Below, in pieces: positions 47,510 through 55,856 of a stretch of 64,000 nt of DNA (position 1 is its first letter; every line of letters begins with the position of its first letter). This DNA comes from an uncultured Gammaproteobacteria bacterium (GTDB lineage: Bacteria > Pseudomonadota > Gammaproteobacteria > Steroidobacterales > Steroidobacteraceae): positions 19,919-83,918 of the forward strand of contig CAVWGG010000021.1 of NCBI GenBank assembly GCA_963754535.1. The letters are read 5' to 3'. A program made the position numbers and the translations under genes. Below the pieces are notes generated by a model. That model was not told the origin of the DNA. It saw only the letters and a list, made by a program, of their open reading frames with translations, and made no database searches.

Positions 47510-48703
47510 ATGCGCCTGTTCCTGCTGCTCGCCCTGCTCTACTTCGCGCAGGGCCTGCCCTCCGGCCTGATTGCGAAGGCGCTGCCGGCACTGCTGCGTG
47601 ACCAGGGCGTTTCGCTCTCCCTGATCGGCTTCACCAGCGCGCTCGCGCTGCCGTGGGCGCTGAAGTTCCTGTGGGCGCCACTGATCGATCGCTATGGCAC
47701 GCGCAAGCAATGGCTGCTCGGCCTGAACGGCCTGACGATGGCGCTGATGCTGCTGGTCGCCTCGCGCGATTTCGCAGCATGGGTCGACCGGCTGCCCTGG
47801 CTGCTCGCCGCGCTGTTCTGCGCCAACGTGATCTCGGCGACGCAGGACGTCGCCACCGACGGGTACGCGGTCACCAGACTGAAGCCGGAATGGCGCGGCC
47901 TGGGCAACAGCATCCAGGTGGTCGGTTACAAGCTCGGCATGGTGATGGGCAGCGGCGGCTTGCTGTGGCTGGTGTCGCATCACGGCTGGCAGGCGAGCTA
48001 CGGCGGGCTGGCGTGCCTGATGCTGCTCGTGATCGTGCCGGTGCTGTTCATGCAGGACGAGCGCACGCCGCTGCAGCAGGCCGCGACGCACACAGAGTGG
48101 CACGGGCTGCGCGGGTATGCCGGGTTGTTCCGCGACTTCGTCGCACGACCCGGAATGGGCTGGTGGCTCGCGACCATCGCGCTGTATAAATTCGGCGACT
48201 CGCTCGCGTCGCGCATGACCGGGCCGCTGCTGGCCGACAGCGGATTCTCGCTCGCACAGATCGGCGTGATCACGGGCGTGGCTGGCGCCACGGCGGGAGT
48301 CATCGGCGCGTTCGTCGGCGGCGCAACGCTCCTGCGCATCGGCCACCGCGAAGCCCTGCTGGCATTCGGCGTGATGCAGGCGCTTGGACTCGCCGGCTAC
48401 CTGCTGGTCGTCGCGGGCGTGCACGACCTCTATGCGATCGGCGCCATCGTCTACTTCGAGCAGTTCGCGGACGGCCTCTCGACCGTCGCCCTGTTCACCC
48501 TGATGATGGACCGCTGCCGCGCGCATGCGCCGGGCACCGACTACTCGCTGCAGGCCTCGCTGATGGTGATGGTCACCGGCGTGGCCGCAACCATCGGCGG
48601 CCTGTTCACCGACCGGTTCGGCTACGGCACCGTCTTCTTCACGGCCGCGCTGCTGACCCTGCTCGCGCTGGTGCCAGCATTCCTGTCCTTCCGCAAGACT
48701 TGA
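47510..48703 (+). CDS. MFS transporter, AmpG-like
   Basis: 397 aa with about 12 TM segments. The N-terminus LYFAQGLPSGLIAKALPALLRDQGVSLSLIG...KFLWAPLIDR is typical of the AmpG/PAT family. Confidence 0.82.
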   Translation: MRLFLLLALLYFAQGLPSGLIAKALPALLRDQGVSLSLIGFTSALALPWALKFLWAPLIDRYGTRKQWLLGLNGLTMALMLLVASRDFAAWVDRLPWLLAALFCANVISATQDVATDGYAVTRLKPEWRGLGNSIQVVGYKLGMVMGSGGLLWLVSHHGWQASYGGLACLMLLVIVPVLFMQDERTPLQQAATHTEWHGLRGYAGLFRDFVARPGMGWWLATIALYKFGDSLASRMTGPLLADSGFSLAQIGVITGVAGATAGVIGAFVGGATLLRIGHREALLAFGVMQALGLAGYLLVVAGVHDLYAIGAIVYFEQFADGLSTVALFTLMMDRCRAHAPGTDYSLQASLMVMVTGVAATIGGLFTDRFGYGTVFFTAALLTLLALVPAFLSFRKT

Positions 48704-48934
48704 CGTTTTCGCAGCACGCCCACCGGCTGACGGGTGCACCAGGCCCGCGGCTTGGTATATGTTTGCAAGCCTGAACGTCGCCGGGGAGGGAGCGTCACGA
48801 CATGAAAGCACTGACCACTGCGCAAGTATTGGTGCTGGCGCGCTTCGCCCTGATGTTGCTCGAGATGGCGTTGATCCGCGCTCACCTCGTCCGCGGCCGC
48901 TACACGCTGCAAGGACACGCTCGCATCGATCGGC

Positions 48935-49714
48935 ATGCGTGCCGGCAACTACGCAACCAACGTGGCGCTGGCCGGCGCTACGGTCGCCGTCTTCGCCTTC
49001 ATCTACCAGTTCCGGCTCTTCGACATCGCGATGAGCTCGCCCTGGGCCTGGGCTGCGATCGTCGTGCTCGACGACCTGGCGTACTACTGGTTCCATCGCA
49101 TCAGCCACGAGTGCCGGTTCTGGTGGGCGGCGCACGTCAATCATCATTCGTCGCAGGAGTACAACCTCTCCACGGCGATCCGCCAGCCCTGGACCGGCGT
49201 GCTCGTCGGCACCTGGGCGCCGTGGTTCGTGCTGCTGCTGATCGGCTTCCCGCCGGAGATGATTTTCCTGCAGAGCGGACTCAACCTGCTCTACCAGTTC
49301 TGGATCCACACCGAGGCCATTCGCCGGATGCCGGCGTGGTTCGAGTACCTGTTCAACACGCCGTCGCACCATCGCGTGCACCACGCGTCGAACCCCCGCT
49401 ACGTCGACCGCAACTACGCCGGCATCTTCATGGTGTGGGACCGCATGTTCGGGACGTTCGCGGCCGAGCGCGACGATGATCCGCCGAAGTACGGCCTGAT
49501 CAACAACATCGACACGTTCAACCCGATCAAGATCGCGTTCCATGAATGGGCCGCGATGTTCCGTGACGTCAGTCGCGCGCGGAGCCTGCGCGAGATCGGG
49601 GGTTATATCTTTGGCCCGCCGGGCTGGCGGCCCGATGGGACGGGCCCAACGGCGGCGAATGTGCGTGCCGCCTGGTCCCGGGACATGAATGGCGAGAGTT
49701 CCGCGGCGCTGTAG
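48935..49714 (+). CDS. fatty-acid hydroxylase/sterol desaturase family protein; the N-terminus appears displaced into another frame (see finding)
   Basis: His boxes HRISHE, HVNHHSS and HHRVHH. The track ORF starts at an internal Met. The family-typical N-terminal helix is encoded in frame +1 of 48802..48912. Confidence 0.75.
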   Translation: MRAGNYATNVALAGATVAVFAFIYQFRLFDIAMSSPWAWAAIVVLDDLAYYWFHRISHECRFWWAAHVNHHSSQEYNLSTAIRQPWTGVLVGTWAPWFVLLLIGFPPEMIFLQSGLNLLYQFWIHTEAIRRMPAWFEYLFNTPSHHRVHHASNPRYVDRNYAGIFMVWDRMFGTFAAERDDDPPKYGLINNIDTFNPIKIAFHEWAAMFRDVSRARSLREIGGYIFGPPGWRPDGTGPTAANVRAAWSRDMNGESSAAL

Positions 49715-49716
49715 CG

Positions 49717-50190
49717 ATGGAACTTTCGTCCACGGCATTCGAACCCGGCGCGGCGATACCGAGGCGGTGCACCTGTGAAGGCAACGACGTTTCGCCGCCG
49801 CTGCGCTGGCAAGGCATACCGACAGGCGCGAAATCGCTGGTGCTGATCGTCGACGATCCGGACGCGCCGGACCCGCGCTCGCCCAGGATGACGTGGGTTC
49901 ACTGGGTGCTGGCGAACCTGCCCGTGGATTCCGGCGGACTGCCGGAGGGCATCGCGCCGGCAACCCTGCCCAAGGGAACGGTCGAGGGCCTCAACGACTG
50001 GAAACGCACAGGCTATGGCGGGCCCTGCCCGCCCATCGGCCGGCATCGCTACTTTCACAAGCTGTACGCGCTGGACACCGTGCTCGACGGTCTCAAGCAC
50101 CCGACGAAGGCGCAGGTGGAGGCGGCGATGAAAGGTCATGTGCTGGCGCACGCGGAACTGGTGGGCACGTACGCGAAGCCGGGGCACTGA
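49717..50190 (+). CDS. YbhB/YbcL family Raf-kinase-inhibitor-like (PEBP) protein
   Basis: 157 aa. VDDPDAP, WVHW and GPCPPIGRHRYFHKLYALD motifs. Confidence 0.9.
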   Translation: MELSSTAFEPGAAIPRRCTCEGNDVSPPLRWQGIPTGAKSLVLIVDDPDAPDPRSPRMTWVHWVLANLPVDSGGLPEGIAPATLPKGTVEGLNDWKRTGYGGPCPPIGRHRYFHKLYALDTVLDGLKHPTKAQVEAAMKGHVLAHAELVGTYAKPGH

Positions 50191-50815
50191 AGGCACCGTC
50201 GTGCCGGCCCGATTTGAACTTCTTCAGGCGATAGTGAGCCTCGCGCTCACGCTCGCCAAGGAACTGCACGATTGAGCGGATTTCCGCTCGCAACCGCGGC
50301 AACACGCGCTCCTCGAGCACTCGTACCCTGCGCGTGACGGCCAGGATCTCTTCGCCAAGCATCTTGATCTTGCTCTCGAACGCAGCGATCTCGAGCATCG
50401 CTTCCAGCACCGACTCGAAGCGATGGACCGACTCCTCGAGATGCGGCGTGGTGACGGTGTAATCGTAGGCACGTTCCTGCGGCGCCCGCACGAAAGGCCC
50501 GAAGGCCACGAGGTCCCGATAGCGGACACCGAGCAGGTTGCGATCTGCGACGTCCACGCCCACCTCGCGCTCCGAGAGTGCGGCAAGCGTCGCCACGAAT
50601 GCGGCCCCCTCGTGTCCTTCGCTCAGGTGCAACTCGTCGATGGCAACGCCATAGTCGCGCCGGATCGCGTCACGGGAACGCACGAGGGGACGGACCGATT
50701 CGAGGAAGCCACGAATCAGCGCCTGGCGCCGTGCTTTCAGGATGGCCACGCTGTTCGCGATCGACGTGGCCTTTTCCTCCAGCTGCAGCAGATCGGTGCG
50801 GGTCGGGTGGATCAT
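50093..50815 (-). CDS. V/A-type ATPase subunit D
   Basis: 240 aa. MIHPTRTDLLQLEEK... is a coiled-coil central-stalk protein. ATGA coupling to subunit B. A Pro-rich ~40-aa tail overlaps the convergent PEBP gene. Confidence 0.88.
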   Translation of the reverse strand: MIHPTRTDLLQLEEKATSIANSVAILKARRQALIRGFLESVRPLVRSRDAIRRDYGVAIDELHLSEGHEGAAFVATLAALSEREVGVDVADRNLLGVRYRDLVAFGPFVRAPQERAYDYTVTTPHLEESVHRFESVLEAMLEIAAFESKIKMLGEEILAVTRRVRVLEERVLPRLRAEIRSIVQFLGEREREAHYRLKKFKSGRHDGAFSAPASRTCPPVPRAPAHDLSSPPPPAPSSGA

Positions 50816-52173
50816 GCGAGCAGGCCGAATCTCTGCAGCAAGGCCAGGCTCAGGTCCAGCGTCTCGCCGATGCCGCGGCGCGCATCGCCCTGGTGCACGA
50901 TCTCGCGTTCGAAGACTTCAGCAAAGTCGAGCATGCGCTTGTCGGACTCACCCATGCTCTCGCGACCGACGATCGCCTCGAGCCGGCGCAGGTCCCGTCC
51001 GCTTGCGTAATGCATGTACAGTGCATTGGCGATCTTGCGGTGGTCTTCGCGCGTGTGCCCGGCGCCGATGCCACGCTGCATCAGTCGCGACAGGCTCGGC
51101 AGCACATCGACTGGCGGGAAGACACCGCGTTGATGCAGCTCGCGGCTCAGCACGATCTGGCCTTCGGTGATGTACCCCGTCAGGTCGGGAATCGGGTGCG
51201 TGATGTCGTCCTCGGGCATCGTGACGACGGGGAGCAGGGTCACCGATCCCGGACGCTGCTTGATGCGTCCGGCACGCTCGTAGAGCGATGCCAGGTCCGA
51301 GTACAGGTAACCTGGATAGCCGCGCCGACCCGGCAACTCCTCGCGTGCCGTGGAGACCTCGCGCAGCGCGTCGCAATAGTTGGTCATGTCGGTAATGACC
51401 ACCAGCACGTCCCTGCCAAGTTCGAAAGCAAGGTATTCAGCGACGGTGAGCCCGAACCGCGGTGCCAGCAAGCGCTCGACGACCGGATCCCTGGCCAGGT
51501 TGATGAACGCGACGAAATCACCCCGTAGCCGCTCGAGCGTCTGCCGGTAGAACGCGTACTCGTGATGCGCGAGCCCCAGTGCCACGAACACGACCACCGA
51601 ACCTGGGCCGGGGCTCGTGGCCTCGACGGCACCAGAACGTGCATGCGCAAGGATGCTGGCAACGATTGCACTCGATGGCAACCCGGCGCAGGAGAAGATC
51701 GGCAGCTTCTGGCCCTTCACCAGCGTGTTCAAGCCATCGATGCACGACAGCCCGGTTTCGATGAATTCCTGCGGGCGCTCGCGTGCGACCGGGTTCAGTG
51801 GAAAGCCGGACACCGGGGCCCAGCGCTCCGGCACGAACATCGGCAAGTCGTCGAGCGGCTGGAACGAACCGCCGAAGGTGCGGTTGAGTACGCTCGGTGC
51901 CAACGGGGCACGCTTGATGGCGTCCGTGAACACGACCTCGGTGTGGTCCATGTCGAGACCACGGCTGTCGCCGATGACCTGGATCAGCACCGTGTCGCCC
52001 TCGATCCTGAGCACCTCACCGGCCGCTTCGTGCCCGTCCGGAAACACGATCCGAACCGCTTCGCTCATGCGCGCGTTGCTGACCTTCTCTACGAAGAGCA
52101 GTGGCCCCTGGATGCTGCGCAGCGTCGAGTAGCTGTGCCGGCTCAGGCGCACGGCGTGGTCGGAGGTCGTCAT
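50812..52173 (-). CDS. V/A-type ATPase subunit B (non-catalytic)
   Basis: Track ORF trimmed to the ATG at 52173 (ATGA overlap with the A stop). Motifs: YSTLRSIQGPLLFVE, ELPGRRGYPGYLYSDLASLYERAG, SRLM. Confidence 0.92.
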   Translation of the reverse strand: MTTSDHAVRLSRHSYSTLRSIQGPLLFVEKVSNARMSEAVRIVFPDGHEAAGEVLRIEGDTVLIQVIGDSRGLDMDHTEVVFTDAIKRAPLAPSVLNRTFGGSFQPLDDLPMFVPERWAPVSGFPLNPVARERPQEFIETGLSCIDGLNTLVKGQKLPIFSCAGLPSSAIVASILAHARSGAVEATSPGPGSVVVFVALGLAHHEYAFYRQTLERLRGDFVAFINLARDPVVERLLAPRFGLTVAEYLAFELGRDVLVVITDMTNYCDALREVSTAREELPGRRGYPGYLYSDLASLYERAGRIKQRPGSVTLLPVVTMPEDDITHPIPDLTGYITEGQIVLSRELHQRGVFPPVDVLPSLSRLMQRGIGAGHTREDHRKIANALYMHYASGRDLRRLEAIVGRESMGESDKRMLDFAEVFEREIVHQGDARRGIGETLDLSLALLQRFGLLA

Positions 52174-53792
52174 GGCGAGTGAACCTGAGCGGCGTTCCCG
52201 GACGACTCGCCGCTCTCGAGCCGCTCGTTCGCCGCCTGGTGTTCGTCGAGCAGTTGGCGGATCTTCTGGTAGGTCTGGTGCGGCGTGGAGAAAGCGTCCT
52301 CGGTGAATGCGTTCTGGGCGAGGAACGTTTGCCGGATGCCGGCCGTCGTCCGCATCAGCAGGCGGTCCGCCTCCTGCAGCCCCTCGGTACCCACGATCTC
52401 GGCGACCTCGCGCAGGCTCTCCTCGCGCTGCAGGAGCGCACGAGTGCGCTGCCTGAGCGCTCCCCACTCCGCGGCCACCTGCTGGTCGAGTTGCGCGACG
52501 ACGTCTGCTTCGTACAGCGAGAAGCTCTGGAACCAGTTGATCGCCGGAAAGTGCCGTCGATGCGCGAGCGACGTGTCGAGCATGAAGAACGCGCCCGTAT
52601 TGCGCAGGCATGCCTGGGTCACCGGCTCCGAGAAGTCACCGCCCGGAGGCGAAATCGACAACAGCACCGTCAGTGAGCCGATGCGGCCGTCCAGCGTCTC
52701 GACGACTCCGGCGCGCGCGAAGAACTCCGCCATCCGCGAACCGAGATAGGTTGGGTATCCCTCCTCGCCCGGCATCTCCTCGAGTGCCGAGGAAATTTCC
52801 CGCAGCGCCTCCGCCCAGCGCGACAGGCTGTCGGCCAGCAACAGCACGTTGTAGCCCAGGTCCCGGTAGTACTCCGCCATCGTGATGGCCGTATAGATCG
52901 AGGCCTCGCGCGCCGCCACCGGCATGTTCGACGTGTTCACGACGACGATGGTGCGCTCCATCAGCGGCCGCTTGCTCCAGGGATCGCTGAGCACGGTGAA
53001 GTCGTCGAGCATCTCGGCCATTTCGTTGCCGCGCTCGCCGCAACCCACGTAGACGACGATGTCCACCTCGGCGAATTTCGCGATCGATTGCTCGAGCAGC
53101 GTCTTGCCGGTGCCGAACCCGCCCGGAAAAATGGCGCTCCCGCCGCGGGCGAGCGGGAACAGGAAGTCGATGCAACGTTGCCCCGTGGTCAGGGGCTCGA
53201 AACGCGACAACTTGCGTCGATAAGGCCGCGGCAGCCGCACGGGCCAGTCATGGCTGGCGAAGATCCGCCGGCCGTCGGTCAAGCCCGCCACGGCCTCCTC
53301 CAGCCCGATCTCGCCGTCCCTGATTGAATCGATTGTGCCCTCGCAGTCGACGGCAAGAATCGGATGGCGGAATGCGCCTTCATCGACATAGCCGAGCGAC
53401 TCGCCGATCCGGATCGCGTCGCCGCGTGACTTCGTCGGCGAGAAGCGAAACTTCATCGGTGCGGTCGATCCTGCGCCGGATCCACCCGGAAGGAGGAAGG
53501 GCCCCTGCGACTGGCGCATCGCCTCGAGCGGCCGCTGCAACCCGTCGAACATCTGGTGCAACAGGCCCGGACCGAGCCGGGCGGTCAGCTGGGTACCTGT
53601 ACCGACGACCGGCTCGCCAACCGCCAGGCCTCGTGTATTTTCGTAAACCTGCACGACGGCACGTTCCCGCTCGAGGCGCACCACCTCGCCCATGAGCCCG
53701 GCCTCGCCGACGACGACGCGCTCGTAGAGCTTGAGCCCGGCCAGGTCCACGCTGACGGTCGGGCCGGCAATGCCGATGATTCGACCGCTCAA
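52170..53792 (-). CDS. V/A-type ATPase catalytic subunit A
   Basis: Track ORF trimmed to the TTG at 53792 (overlaps the F stop; AGGTGAGG RBS): (M)SGRIIGIAGPTVSVD.... Walker A GGFGTGKT, GERGNEM and EMPGEEGYPTYLGSR. The exact start is moderately uncertain. Confidence 0.9.
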   Translation of the reverse strand: MSGRIIGIAGPTVSVDLAGLKLYERVVVGEAGLMGEVVRLERERAVVQVYENTRGLAVGEPVVGTGTQLTARLGPGLLHQMFDGLQRPLEAMRQSQGPFLLPGGSGAGSTAPMKFRFSPTKSRGDAIRIGESLGYVDEGAFRHPILAVDCEGTIDSIRDGEIGLEEAVAGLTDGRRIFASHDWPVRLPRPYRRKLSRFEPLTTGQRCIDFLFPLARGGSAIFPGGFGTGKTLLEQSIAKFAEVDIVVYVGCGERGNEMAEMLDDFTVLSDPWSKRPLMERTIVVVNTSNMPVAAREASIYTAITMAEYYRDLGYNVLLLADSLSRWAEALREISSALEEMPGEEGYPTYLGSRMAEFFARAGVVETLDGRIGSLTVLLSISPPGGDFSEPVTQACLRNTGAFFMLDTSLAHRRHFPAINWFQSFSLYEADVVAQLDQQVAAEWGALRQRTRALLQREESLREVAEIVGTEGLQEADRLLMRTTAGIRQTFLAQNAFTEDAFSTPHQTYQKIRQLLDEHQAANERLESGESSGNAAQVHSP

Positions 53793-54112
53793 AGACTCAA
53801 CCTCACCTGGTAGCCGATCGCACGACGAATCAGTTGCAGGATGTAATCCTCCTCCGCGACGGTTACGTCCCGTGCAGGCGCAGGCAGCACGATGACGAGG
53901 CCTGTCCAGCGTCGATCGAGCTCCCGGATGTATTCGCGGGCCCTGCCCGTCGCCAATCGCTCGTCGACGATGACGGCGCCATTCACCGGATCGCGCACCA
54001 GTTGCTGCAGCAGGACCGGCAGTTCCTCCGGGCTCGCGCTCAGCTGCCTGACCCCTGCCAGGGCAAAGCCAGGGCGCGCATCGGCTGGAGCGATCACGAC
54101 GATCTTTCTCAC
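53789..54112 (-). CDS. V/A-type ATPase subunit F
   Basis: 107 aa from the GTG at 54112 (GTGA overlap with the C stop): VRKIVVIAPADARPGFALAGV.... Size and position match subunit F. Confidence 0.8.
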   Translation of the reverse strand: MRKIVVIAPADARPGFALAGVRQLSASPEELPVLLQQLVRDPVNGAVIVDERLATGRAREYIRELDRRWTGLVIVLPAPARDVTVAEEDYILQLIRRAIGYQVRLSL

Positions 54113-55047
54113 GCGACCAGCTCCTTCTCGAGTCCCGCAGCATTGAGATGGGCGGCGTGCAGCAGCAGGGATTGATTGCGCGCATGAATGTAAACGCGCC
54201 ATGCATGGTCAAGGACGGTGCCGACGGGATCCTCCTCCCGGCTCAGGTTGCGAATCCTGCGGGACAGGCGTCCAAGCAGGATCGTCTCGAGGGAACCTTC
54301 GGCCGTTGCCAGCGGCGGCGCCGCGCGGCCCGCAATCTCGCGAACCAGGAGATCGAGACCGGCAGTGTCCTTGTCGGCGCCAATGCGCTGCAGGCGCGGA
54401 ACATCGATCATGCCGCCGGGCAGGAACGCCTCGGCGTCGGTGATTTCCCAGCGCAACTGCTTGTACAGCGTCATGAGATTGCGCAGGTCGATGAAAGAAG
54501 CGAAGAATTCCCGGACGGGCGGACGCAGGCGGGCATCGTTCGTGCACCCGAGATAGTTCCGGGTGAGCCGCGTCTCGAAGCCCTTGAGCCCCGCCTCTGC
54601 GTAGGCGCGTCGCAGCGATCCTGCGTCACCGTCGGCCGGCCCCAGGGCAGACGCAATGGCCGCGACTGCGGCCGGAACATCGGCTCCCTGCGACAGCGCC
54701 GTGCGCAATGCGTCGGCGACCTGGCTTGCCGCAAGCAGGCGGGCGATCTCTGCATTCCGCTGCACAGCCTTGTAGCGAAGGCACAGCACGAGGGTCTTGA
54801 GTTCGAACAACCCGAGCATCGGATCGACGCGCGCACGCAGCCGACGATTCGCCTGGCTTCGCAGCCAGCCCAGCTCGCGCAGGAATCGTTCCCAGATGAC
54901 GTCGTCAGTTACACCCGGCGGCAAGCCGCGCGCTCGGATCGCGCTCCACTCCGCTGTCAGCACCGCGCGCCGGGCACGCACCCGCGCCAGGAGGTAGTCC
55001 GTCGGGTAGCCGTCGGAGGCGATGTCACGCAGCAGTTCGCTGAACAT
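54109..55047 (-). CDS. V/A-type ATPase subunit C (eukaryotic d-like)
   Basis: 312 aa. The N-terminus YPTDYLLARVRARRAVL resembles Thermus subunit C (YLNARVRVRRGTLL, from memory). All-helical, located between E and F. Confidence 0.8.
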   Translation of the reverse strand: MFSELLRDIASDGYPTDYLLARVRARRAVLTAEWSAIRARGLPPGVTDDVIWERFLRELGWLRSQANRRLRARVDPMLGLFELKTLVLCLRYKAVQRNAEIARLLAASQVADALRTALSQGADVPAAVAAIASALGPADGDAGSLRRAYAEAGLKGFETRLTRNYLGCTNDARLRPPVREFFASFIDLRNLMTLYKQLRWEITDAEAFLPGGMIDVPRLQRIGADKDTAGLDLLVREIAGRAAPPLATAEGSLETILLGRLSRRIRNLSREEDPVGTVLDHAWRVYIHARNQSLLLHAAHLNAAGLEKELVA

Positions 55048-55609
55048 TTGCTTTCGCGAGCAGGTCGTTGATCAGGCTCGGCAGCAGGTCGGGCCAGGCC
55101 GATTCCAGGCGTGTCTCGAGCGTATTGCTCACGCGGATCCGCCCAGCGTCGGCCTCCACCTCCAATCCACCGCAAATGGCTGGATCGCACACGACTTCGG
55201 CAGTTGGGAACCGTGCACACGCGGCCTCCCGATCGCCTGGATTCACGCGGACGCGCTGCCAGTCTCGCTGCGGCAGCTCGCGGACCAGCGCCTGGAAAAG
55301 CTCGGCACCGCTTGCCTCGCGCAGATGCGGCAGTTCCGCGACTGCAAGCCCGTGGAGTCGACCTGCGAGAACGAGTGCCGTCTGCGCACGAATTTCGCGG
55401 GCGCGATGCCCGCCCTCGCCGATTGCATCGTCCTGCAGCTTGCGCGCGAGCGCGGCAGCCGCCTCCGTTTCCCGCAGGTGTTGCTGCTCGAGCGCGTGCG
55501 ACAGTTCGAGGCGATAGGCCTCAGCCTGAGCCCGCACATCGCTCCAGAGCGATGCGACATCCTCGGTCGCCCTGCTGCGCAGCGACTCGACCAGCGCCGC
55601 CCTGCCCAT
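55025..55609 (-). CDS. V/A-type ATPase subunit E (peripheral stalk)
   Basis: 194 aa. Long N-terminal charged helix followed by a globular C-terminus (GGLEVEADAGRIRVSNTLETRLE). 3 nt after the K stop. Its 3' end overlaps the start of C by 23 nt. Confidence 0.8.
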   Translation of the reverse strand: MGRAALVESLRSRATEDVASLWSDVRAQAEAYRLELSHALEQQHLRETEAAAALARKLQDDAIGEGGHRAREIRAQTALVLAGRLHGLAVAELPHLREASGAELFQALVRELPQRDWQRVRVNPGDREAACARFPTAEVVCDPAICGGLEVEADAGRIRVSNTLETRLESAWPDLLPSLINDLLAKANVQRTAA

Positions 55610-55612
55610 CGC

Positions 55613-55846
55613 TCACACCTGCAGCAGGATCATCGCGGCGATCACGAAACCCAGGATCACGATGGTTTCCGGGATCGCGAGCAGGATGATGATCGTCGCC
55701 GTCAACTCCGGCTTCTCGGCCAGGGCCCCTGCCCCGGAAGCCCCGATCCGCGACTGCACCCAGGCAGTGGCGAGCGCGCTGATCCCCAGCGCGAGTGCGG
55801 CAGCGAAGGCCATCAGGACCTTGTCCCAGTGCACGACGGCATCCAT
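55613..55846 (-). CDS. V/A-type ATPase proteolipid subunit K/L (c-ring), single hairpin
   Basis: Track ORF trimmed to the ATG at 55846 (AGGAG RBS). 77 aa with 2 TM segments. Ion-binding Glu in LLAIPETIVILGF. Confidence 0.88.
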   Translation of the reverse strand: MDAVVHWDKVLMAFAAALALGISALATAWVQSRIGASGAGALAEKPELTATIIILLAIPETIVILGFVIAAMILLQV

Positions 55847-55856
55847 GGTTCTCTCC

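Noticed and set aside
47159-49963. 934-aa minus-strand ORF spanning the DUF885 3' end, MFS, desaturase and PEBP genes
   Set aside because: It crosses four independent sense-strand genes and their intergenic regions, and its product is low-complexity. It is a shadow ORF.
55613-55846. Idea that the PET motif and helix-1 Gln of the proteolipid indicate a Na+-translocating V-ATPase
   Set aside because: As I recall, the H+-coupled Thermus thermophilus L subunit has the same LLPET and Q-containing helix, so the motif is not diagnostic. Ion specificity cannot be called from this sequence alone.
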